From Cupriavidus necator (lineage in GTDB: Bacteria > Pseudomonadota > Gammaproteobacteria > Burkholderiales > Burkholderiaceae): DNA of 32,000 nucleotides. This document shows positions 25,463-32,000 of the stretch, one piece after another. Each line of letters begins with the position of its first letter. Position 1 is the stretch's first letter. The notes beneath the pieces are model-generated. The model made no database searches, had not been told where the DNA came from, and saw nothing but the letters and a program-made list of their open reading frames with translations. The DNA lies in contig NZ_CP066018.1 of NCBI RefSeq assembly GCF_016127575.1, positions 1,560,001-1,592,000 on the forward strand. Reading direction: 5' to 3'. The position numbers and the translations under genes were made by a program.

Positions 25463-26188
25463 ATGAGTACGCTCGCACGCCGCCTGGTGGCCGAAGGCCT
25501 GGGCACGGCCCTGCTGGTGGCGATCGTGGTGGGCTCCGGCATCCGTGCCGAGCGCCTCGCCGCAGGCGACACCGCGCTGGCGCTGCTGGCCAATTCGCTG
25601 GCCACCGGGGCTGGGCTGGTGGCGCTGCTGGTGTCGCTGGGCCCGGTGTCGGGCGGCCATTTCAATCCGGTGGTGAGCCTGTCGGCGCTGCTGCAGGGCA
25701 CGCTGCCGCCGCGCGATGCGCTGCGCTATGTGCTGGTGCAGGTGGCGGGCGGAGTCTGCGGCGTGCTGGCCGCCCATGCGATGTTCGGCGAGCCGGCGCT
25801 GGCCTGGTCGGCGCAGAGCCGCACCGGCGCGGCGATGTGGTGGAGCGAGTGCGTGGCCACCTTCGGCCTGGTCGGCGTGGGCATCGGCACGCTGCGCAGC
25901 CGGCCGCAGCTGGTGCCGTTCGTGGTGGCAGGCTATATCATCGCGGGCTACTGGTTCACGTCGTCGACCTCGTTTGCCAACCCGGCGCTGACCATCGCCT
26001 GCGCGCTGACCGATACCTTCACCGGGATCCGGCCGCAAGACGTGCCGGGCTTCGTGCTGGCCCAGATCGGCGGCGGGCTGGCTGCCACGCTGCTGTTCCA
26101 CTGGCTGTGCCGCAAACCCGCTGCGGCCGCCACGGCGCAGGCCGACTGGCGCGCTGCGCCCGCCAGCGCCCCTACCAGCGCCGATTGA
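25463..26188 (+). CDS. MIP family channel (aquaporin/aquaglyceroporin-like)
   Basis: 241 aa starting at MSTLARRLVAEGLGTALLV. The two half-helix motifs are SGGHFNPVVS and SFANPALTIA. I chose the ATG at 25463 over the TTG at 25418. Confidence 0.9.
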   Translation: MSTLARRLVAEGLGTALLVAIVVGSGIRAERLAAGDTALALLANSLATGAGLVALLVSLGPVSGGHFNPVVSLSALLQGTLPPRDALRYVLVQVAGGVCGVLAAHAMFGEPALAWSAQSRTGAAMWWSECVATFGLVGVGIGTLRSRPQLVPFVVAGYIIAGYWFTSSTSFANPALTIACALTDTFTGIRPQDVPGFVLAQIGGGLAATLLFHWLCRKPAAAATAQADWRAAPASAPTSAD

Positions 26189-27989
26189 GCTGCACGCCGA
26201 AGATCGAGCCGCTCGCCTGCGAGGCCCACGCGTCGGCCGGCGCGGTGTAGCCGATGCCGTCGACGTCGCTGGCACGGCTATAGGTGTAGAAGGCGCGCAG
26301 GTTGGCATTGCCGGCCGACTTGCCCAGCGTCAGCGTGGGCGCCACGGTCAGCGCGGTGCGCTGGCCGCTGACGCCGAAGCCGGACGAGATCTGGTCGTGC
26401 GAGACCTCGAAGTTCAGGCGGAACTGGTTGCTGGCCACGTAAGCAGGACGCAAGCGCGTGGTGGTCCACTGCAGCGTGCCGACCGGCGACCGGTCGAACT
26501 GCAGGCTTTGCTCCACCGCGCCGCTCAGCCCTGAACGGCCCCTCCATTCCATCGATTCCGCCACGCGCGTGCGCGACAGCGCCGGTCCCATGCCGGTGTA
26601 GCCGGTCATGGCGTTGCGCGATCCCGATCCGAACTGCACCCCGAACCGGTTGGTGCCGTACAGCACGCCTTTCTGCTCATGCAACGCAGACGCCCACCAT
26701 GCACCGCCGGGGTCCTGCACCAGCGGCTGCGCCTCCACCCGCGTGAAGCCGAGCTGGATCGAACCCTGTTCGTTGGTGTTGATGGGCGCGGTGCGCAGCG
26801 AGTGGTAGCTGGGCAGGTTCTGGCCGTTCTGGTCGGCGCGCGCGGTGTACTGGTAGCTCAGGCCGATATCGCCGATCACCTTGGCGTTGTCGATGCCGAA
26901 GCGCATCGCCGTGGAATTGGGCGGCAGCAGGCCGGACGACAGCAGGAACGGCGCATTGTCGCGCCGGCCGGCCCACATGGTGGCGCCGTCCAGCACCGCC
27001 AGGCCGCTGACGGCGGTATAGAACTGCGGCACCAGGGCGTAGGGATCGATCGCCGCGGGGCGGCCATTGACCGTGGTGGCGTCGGTGCCGCGCGCCTGCG
27101 CGATCAGCATCACCTGCGCGCCGCCATCCAGGTCCAGCACCGATTCGCGGATCTTGACCTCGCCGGCGCTGCGGCAGGCCAGGCCGTTGCCGATGCCGGT
27201 GGAAAGCGCGCCGCCGGGGCAGGCGCGCATGGTGGCCGGGCGTTCCTCGGCCGCGGCGCGGCCGCTGTAGCCGAGGCGCCACACGGAATCCCCGGCGGGG
27301 TCGTCGGCGGGCAGCTGCGAGTGCAGTACCGGCGGGGCGTCCGGCGGTGTGCCACCGGTGGTGCTGTCCGCCGGCTCGGCGGGCGCCTCGGCCTGGAACT
27401 GGCCGAGCCGGGGCGGGAACAGCACCAGTGGCGGCGGCGGCTGGGGTGGCGGTTCAGGCGGTCCGACGAAGCTCGGGTCGACAGCGGGGCTGGTGCCGGC
27501 CAGGGTTGCCGGCGCGCTGCCGTCAGGCTGCACGCCGGGCTGGGCAGCCGGCTCGCCCGTGGTACCTGGCGCCGGTGCCGCTGGCACGGTCACGCTGGCC
27601 GCGGGTGCCGCTTCGCCGGCGATCAGCGCCGCCAGTGGATCCTCCGTGCTTGCCGTGGCCGGCGTGGCAGGCTCGGCGGCTTGCGCCGAACCAGCGGTCA
27701 CCACCGGCGGCACCGCCGGGCGCGGTTCGATGCGGGGCGGCGGGGTGGTCGCGCTGGTCGTCGCATCCCCGGTCTGCGCGCACGCGACCAGGCCCCACGC
27801 GGCCAGCACGGCAAAACCGAGGCGGCGCAGGGGCAGGCCACCGCGTCCGGCAGGGCCGGGACAAAGCGGGATGGCGGGAATCCGACGAGAGACTGGCGGC
27901 AATTCGGACAGCAATTCAGTCAAGCAACATCGATGGCCGGAGCAGGCAAGGGCTCCGGAGGCGGGACTGTTTTTTATCAGCCGACCCAT
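26172..27989 (-). CDS. LamB/maltoporin-family outer membrane porin with lipobox and long Pro/Ala-rich N-terminal extension (start uncertain)
   Basis: The barrel part aligns by eye with E. coli LamB landmarks: WRLGYSGR, a Cys pair (ACPGG...LACRSAGE), TMWAGRRDN (LamB: TIWAGKRFY), WWASALHEQKGVL...FGVQFGSGS, LRPAY, NLRAFYTYSR, and the C-terminal FGVQLNRRW (LamB: FGAQMEIWW). Upstream lie LRRLGFAVLAAWGLVAC (signal plus lipobox) and about 170 aa rich in P, A and T. The first in-frame ATG is 69 codons before the lipobox Cys. Confidence 0.7.
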   Translation of the reverse strand: MGRLIKNSPASGALACSGHRCCLTELLSELPPVSRRIPAIPLCPGPAGRGGLPLRRLGFAVLAAWGLVACAQTGDATTSATTPPPRIEPRPAVPPVVTAGSAQAAEPATPATASTEDPLAALIAGEAAPAASVTVPAAPAPGTTGEPAAQPGVQPDGSAPATLAGTSPAVDPSFVGPPEPPPQPPPPLVLFPPRLGQFQAEAPAEPADSTTGGTPPDAPPVLHSQLPADDPAGDSVWRLGYSGRAAAEERPATMRACPGGALSTGIGNGLACRSAGEVKIRESVLDLDGGAQVMLIAQARGTDATTVNGRPAAIDPYALVPQFYTAVSGLAVLDGATMWAGRRDNAPFLLSSGLLPPNSTAMRFGIDNAKVIGDIGLSYQYTARADQNGQNLPSYHSLRTAPINTNEQGSIQLGFTRVEAQPLVQDPGGAWWASALHEQKGVLYGTNRFGVQFGSGSRNAMTGYTGMGPALSRTRVAESMEWRGRSGLSGAVEQSLQFDRSPVGTLQWTTTRLRPAYVASNQFRLNFEVSHDQISSGFGVSGQRTALTVAPTLTLGKSAGNANLRAFYTYSRASDVDGIGYTAPADAWASQASGSIFGVQLNRRW

Positions 27990-28338
27990 TTGACCGCAAG
28001 CCGGGTTACAAAATCCATCACACTGTGCGCCGTCTCACAATGCGAAAAACCCCCGGATATGGCGCGATTGACTAGCGAAAACCCGCACTTGCGCGATACC
28101 CCGTGGCGAAAGAGCCACCGCTATAATCGGCTGGCTTGTCTTTCGGGTAAGACAGCCCTTTGCCGTGGCCCGCGTCCGGCGCCAGGCATGCTGGGCACGC
28201 CGCCGTGCCCGTTCGCAACAGGCACAGCGTTGCGCAAGCCGCTGTACCCCGGCGGCTGGTGCGTCACGGTCCGGCGCGCGGCATCATGCAAGCCGCGAGC
28301 CTGCATCCGAATCAATATCTATAAGAGGAGAAGTGGAG

Positions 28339-29475
28339 ATGGAACGTCGTTCCTTTCTGTTGAAAGCGTCGGCCGTGGCCGCCACCGGGGCACTGGCCGC
28401 GTGCGGCAAGGGTGAAGAGAAGGCTGCACCTGCCGCCGCCAGCGGGCCGGCAGCGCCGGCCGTGGTCGGCAGCAACCCGGCCGTGGAATGGCGCCTGGCC
28501 TCGAGCTTCCCCAAGTCGCTCGACACCATCTTCGGCGGTTCCGAACTGCTGTCGGCCCGCGTCAAGGAACTGACCGACGGCAAGTTCAACATCAAGGTCT
28601 TTGCCGCCGGTGAAATCGTGCCGGGCCTGCAGGTGCTGGACGCGGTGCAGAACAACACCGTGCAGATAGGCCACACCGCCGGCTACTACTACTTCGGCAA
28701 GAACCCGACGCTGTGCTTCGACACCACGGTGCCGTTCGGCCTGACCGCACGCCAGCAGAACGCCTGGATGATGCAGGGCAACGGCATGAAGCTGATGCGC
28801 GAGTTCTTCAAGGAATACAACGTCGTCAATTTCCTGGGCGGCAACACCAATGCACAGATGGGCGGCTGGTTCCGCAAGGAAATCAAGACCGTGGCCGACC
28901 TGCAGGGCCTGAAGTACCGCATCGCCGGCTTTGCCGGCGTGGTGCTGTCGCGCCTGGGCGTGGTGCCGCAGCAGATCGCCGGCGGCGACATCTACCCTGC
29001 GCTGGAAAAGGGCACCATCGATGCAGCCGAGTGGGTGGGCCCGTACGATGACGAGAAGCTGGGCTTCTACAAGGTGGCGCCGTACTACTACTACCCGGGC
29101 TGGTGGGAAGGCAGCGCGCAGCTGTCGTTCTACGCCTCGGCCACCGAGTACGAGAAGCTGCCGGCGCTGTACAAGCGCGCGCTGGAAACCGCCACCATCG
29201 AGGCGCACACCAACATGATGGCCAAGTACGACACGGTCAACCCGCAGGCGCTGGCCCGCCTGCTGGAAAACGGCGTCAAGCTGCGCCCGTTCTCCAAGGA
29301 GATCATGGAGGCCTGCTTCAAGGCGACCCAGGAATCCTACGCCGACGAAACCGCCAAGAACCCGTCGTTCAAGAAGATCTACGACGACTGGCGCGTGTTC
29401 CGCAACAACCAGGCCGCCTGGTTCAACGTGGCCGAGCAGGGCTTCGCGCAGTTCAGCTTCGCGCGCAAGCTGTAA
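28339..29475 (+). CDS. TRAP transporter substrate-binding protein, DctP/TakP-like (COG4663 type), with Tat motif and lipobox
   Basis: The N-terminus is MERRSFLLKASAVAATGALAAC-GKGEEKAAPAAASGPAAP. Family-typical motifs: WRLASSFPKSLDT, FAAGEIVPGLQVLDAVQNNTVQIGHTAGYYY, GGWFRKEIK, PQQIAGGDIYPALEKGTIDAAEWVGPYDDEKLGFYKVAPYYYYPGWWEG. GAGGAG/GGAG RBS is present. No dctQ or dctM is adjacent. Confidence 0.92.
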   Translation: MERRSFLLKASAVAATGALAACGKGEEKAAPAAASGPAAPAVVGSNPAVEWRLASSFPKSLDTIFGGSELLSARVKELTDGKFNIKVFAAGEIVPGLQVLDAVQNNTVQIGHTAGYYYFGKNPTLCFDTTVPFGLTARQQNAWMMQGNGMKLMREFFKEYNVVNFLGGNTNAQMGGWFRKEIKTVADLQGLKYRIAGFAGVVLSRLGVVPQQIAGGDIYPALEKGTIDAAEWVGPYDDEKLGFYKVAPYYYYPGWWEGSAQLSFYASATEYEKLPALYKRALETATIEAHTNMMAKYDTVNPQALARLLENGVKLRPFSKEIMEACFKATQESYADETAKNPSFKKIYDDWRVFRNNQAAWFNVAEQGFAQFSFARKL

Positions 29476-29511
29476 GCGGCACACTGCCCCGGGCCGCACG
29501 GGGCTTGCCGC

Positions 29512-29548
29512 AAACCCCATGTTCCCTCGGGAGCATGGGGTTTTTTGT
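29512..29548 (+). terminator. Rho-independent terminator after the TRAP binding-protein gene
   Basis: Stem AAACCCCATGTTCCC / GGGAGCATGGGGTTT with one G:T pair, loop TCG, followed by T6. Confidence 0.85.
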
Positions 29549-29626
29549 TGGCCACGGCAGGCGGGCGCCCGCCGGGCGGGGATCGCGCGGCGCCGGTAGA
29601 ATCGCCGGCATCTACCGGAAATCCCT

Positions 29627-30532
29627 ATGCAACTCGGCATTCTCTACGCCCTCCTGGCCTACATCATCTGGGGGCTGCTCCCGCTCTATATCAAATCGCT
29701 GCCCGGCATTGCGCCGCTGGAGATCCTGCTGCATCGGATGGTGTGGTCGCTGGTATTCCTCGGCCTGATCCTGACCTGGCGGCACCAGTGGGCGTGGCTC
29801 GGCCGGGTGCTCAGGGACCGGCGCCTGCTGCTGTCGTTCGGCGCCAGCGCGGCGCTGCTGTGCGCCAACTGGTTCCTCTACATCTGGGCGGTGTCGGCCA
29901 ACCGCGTGGTCGATGCCAGCCTGGGCTACTTCATCAACCCGCTGTTCAGCGTGCTGCTGGGCGTGGTGTTCCTGCATGAGCGGCTGCGCCTGGTGCAATG
30001 GCTGTCGATCGCGGTAGCCGCGGCCGGGGTGGCCTGGCTGACGGTGGCGGCAGGCCAGCTGCCGTGGATCGCGCTGGGGCTGGCGGCCAGTTTCGGCGGC
30101 TATGGCCTGCTGCGCAAGACCGGCGCGCTGGGTGCGCTGGAAGGGCTGTCGCTGGAGACGCTGCTGGTGTTCCCGATGGCCGCGGCGGCACTGGCCTGGC
30201 TGTTCGCGACCGGCCAGGACAGCTTCACCCACGCAGCGCCGGGTACGCAGTGGCTGCTGCTGCTGGCCGGGCCGGTCACGGCGGTGCCGCTGCTGTTCTT
30301 TGCGGCCGGCGCGCGGCGCATTCCGCTGTCGTTGCTGGGCCTGCTGCAGTACACCGGGCCGACGCTGCAGCTGCTGCTGGGCGTGTGGCTGTGGAACGAG
30401 CCGTTCCCGGCGCAGAAGCAGGTCGGCTACGCGCTGATCTGGCTATCGCTGGCCTTGTATGCAGCCGAGGGGCTATGGATGAATACGCGGCAGAAGCCCG
30501 CTATCATCCAGTCGACCAATGAAATCAACTAA
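29627..30532 (+). CDS. rarD: RarD protein (EamA/DMT family transporter)
   Basis: Starts MQLGILYALLAYIIWGLLPLYIKSL. It has 10 TM helices, and LGYFINPLFSVLLGVVFLHERL is typical of RarD. Confidence 0.9.
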   Translation: MQLGILYALLAYIIWGLLPLYIKSLPGIAPLEILLHRMVWSLVFLGLILTWRHQWAWLGRVLRDRRLLLSFGASAALLCANWFLYIWAVSANRVVDASLGYFINPLFSVLLGVVFLHERLRLVQWLSIAVAAAGVAWLTVAAGQLPWIALGLAASFGGYGLLRKTGALGALEGLSLETLLVFPMAAAALAWLFATGQDSFTHAAPGTQWLLLLAGPVTAVPLLFFAAGARRIPLSLLGLLQYTGPTLQLLLGVWLWNEPFPAQKQVGYALIWLSLALYAAEGLWMNTRQKPAIIQSTNEIN

Positions 30533-30585
30533 AAATCAACTCATTTCATTTGTCACACGCATAACTGATACGGTGCCTGGCCACC

Positions 30586-31665
30586 ATGTCTGCCCCGCCT
30601 GATGCCACTCCCGCAGTCCAGCGCAAGATCATCCATTGCGACTGCGACTGTTTCTACGCCTCGGTCGAGATGCGCGACGACCCCTCGCTGCGCGGCCGCC
30701 CGATGGCCGTGGGCGGCTCGCCCGACCGGCGCGGGGTGATTGCCACCTGCAACTATGAAGCGCGCGCCTTTGGCGTGCGTTCGGCGATGCCGTCGGCGCA
30801 GGCGCTCAAGCGTTGCCCGGACCTGCTGATCGTGCGCCCGGCGATGGACAAGTACCGCGAGGTCTCGCGCCGGATCTTCGCGATCTATCGCGAATACACC
30901 ACGCTGGTCGAACCGCTGTCGCTGGACGAAGCCTACCTGGACGTGAGCCTTTGCACCCGCCACGCCGGCAGCGCCACCCGCATCGCCGAGGAAATCCGCC
31001 AGCGTGTGCGCGATGAAGTGGGCGTGACGGTATCGGCCGGGGTGGGGCCGAGCAAGTTCGTGGCCAAGATCGCCAGCGACTGGAACAAGCCCGACGGGCT
31101 GTTCGTGGTCAAGCCGGCGGCGGTCGATGGCTTTGTCGCCGCGCTGCCGGTGGAACGCATCCACGGCGTAGGCAAGGTCACCGCGGCCAAGCTGCGGCGC
31201 CTGGGTGCCGGGACCTGCGGCGACCTGCGGCCGTGGTCGCCGGACCGGCTGCACCGCGAGTTCGGCGTCTTCGGGGCGCGGCTCTACAAGCTGTGCCGCG
31301 GGGTCGACGAGCGCGAGGTCACGCCCGAGCGCGAGCGCAAGTCGATCAGCGTGGAAGAGACCTATGCCGACGACCTGCCCGACCTGCAGGCCTGCATGGC
31401 CGAGCTGGAACCGCTCATCGCCATGCTGGAAGCCCGCATTGAGCGGGCTCAGGCACACGACACCATCGACAAGCTGACCGTGAAGCTGCGCTTCTCTGAC
31501 TTCCGCCAGACCACGGTGGAATGCCGCGGCCACGCGCCGGACCGCACCGTCTACGCGCGCCTGCTGGCCGAGGGCCATGCGCGCCGGGGCTTGCCAGTGC
31601 GGCTGCTGGGGGTGGGGGTAGGGACCAGCGACCGGGATACGTCGCAGCTGGAACTGTTCGACTGA
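30586..31665 (+). CDS. dinB: DNA polymerase IV (Y-family)
   Basis: IIHCDCDCFYASVEMRDDPSLRGRPMAVGG, ATCNYEARAFGVRSAMP, SLDEAYLDV, and VSAGVGPSKFVAKIASDWNKPDG. Confidence 0.95.
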   Translation: MSAPPDATPAVQRKIIHCDCDCFYASVEMRDDPSLRGRPMAVGGSPDRRGVIATCNYEARAFGVRSAMPSAQALKRCPDLLIVRPAMDKYREVSRRIFAIYREYTTLVEPLSLDEAYLDVSLCTRHAGSATRIAEEIRQRVRDEVGVTVSAGVGPSKFVAKIASDWNKPDGLFVVKPAAVDGFVAALPVERIHGVGKVTAAKLRRLGAGTCGDLRPWSPDRLHREFGVFGARLYKLCRGVDEREVTPERERKSISVEETYADDLPDLQACMAELEPLIAMLEARIERAQAHDTIDKLTVKLRFSDFRQTTVECRGHAPDRTVYARLLAEGHARRGLPVRLLGVGVGTSDRDTSQLELFD

Positions 31666-31739
31666 GCGCAGGATTATTCGAGCGAATAATCAACGCACCT
31701 TAAATAATGGTGTATTGATAAATCGCATCAATAGCCAAG

Positions 31740-32000
31740 CTATTGCAGGTCGTTGCGCATCACCAGCAGCCACGGCATATGCGAATTGGTGACGCCGTCG
31801 AGCCGGCCCGAATCGCCCAGCTCGATCTCCTCCATCGACACCGACTGCTGGACATTGCCGCCGATGGCACGCACCACGCGCGTGGCCGGATCCACGCCGA
31901 CCACGATGTCGCAGTGCATAGGGGTGGTGCCGAAGCCGATTTCGGCGATGTCCTCCAGATAGCGGTCGCGTCCGCGCCCGGCGCAGATGATGTCGCCGGG
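31740..32000 (-). CDS. 3' end of a minus-strand CDS that continues beyond the window, function not recognised
   Basis: The reverse frame is open from 32000 to the TAG at 31740-31742. It translates to PGDIICAGRGRDRYLEDIAEIGFGTTPMHCDIVVGVDPATRVVRAIGGNVQQSVSMEEIELGDSGRLDGVTNSHMPWLLVMRNDLQ. G/C-rich third positions and protein-like composition. The plus-strand track ORF 31753..31962 is its shadow. Confidence 0.6.
   Translation of the reverse strand, partial: PGDIICAGRGRDRYLEDIAEIGFGTTPMHCDIVVGVDPATRVVRAIGGNVQQSVSMEEIELGDSGRLDGVTNSHMPWLLVMRNDLQ

Noticed and set aside
31753-31962. 69-aa plus-strand ORF near the right edge.
   Set aside because: It is antisense to a better-supported minus-strand reading frame that is open from the window edge to a stop at 31740 and has protein-like composition.

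Overview
This is a high-GC chromosomal segment. Gene content and order suggest a Cupriavidus/Ralstonia-type betaproteobacterium, which is an inference and not a database result. I can support about 27 protein genes and one tRNA-Phe; two of the genes run off the window ends. Most of the window is conserved housekeeping. In order:
- pckG (5' end off-window).
- A Cache-sensor histidine kinase and NarL/LuxR-type response regulator, divergent from cstA-ybdD.
- A glycine-zipper protein.
- A small secreted tandem-repeat protein, divergent from a LysR regulator.
- A topoisomerase III-like gene, a thioredoxin-like gene, dprA and a LysM protein gene on the minus strand.
- def-fmt, htpX, rsmB, then DUF4390-ntrY-ntrX(short).
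- tRNA-Phe, followed by a short atypical patch.
- A LysE exporter, a MIP channel, a LamB-like porin, a TRAP-type binding protein, rarD, dinB, and a partial minus-strand CDS at the right edge.

I see no integrase, transposase, CRISPR array or recognisable defence or toxin genes, so I cannot point to a clear new system. The most unusual items are:
1. A divergent pair at 26.2-29.5 kb: a lipobox-bearing LamB-type porin with a long Pro/Ala-rich N-terminal extension, and an orphan TRAP binding protein with both a Tat motif and a lipobox. No DctQM genes are nearby.
2. An 84-aa secreted protein made of 12-aa (36-bp) tandem repeats next to a LysR gene.
3. A Cache-HK/NarL-RR pair with a perfect 16-bp palindrome in the intergenic region shared with cstA-ybdD.
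4. Three TTACAG repeats spaced exactly 10 bp apart upstream of a glycine-zipper protein with a His-rich tail.
5. An NtrX-like regulator that lacks the AAA+ domain.
6. A decayed-looking patch downstream of tRNA-Phe.

The many long ORFs in the supplied track that lie antisense to these genes are high-GC shadow ORFs, and I rejected them.
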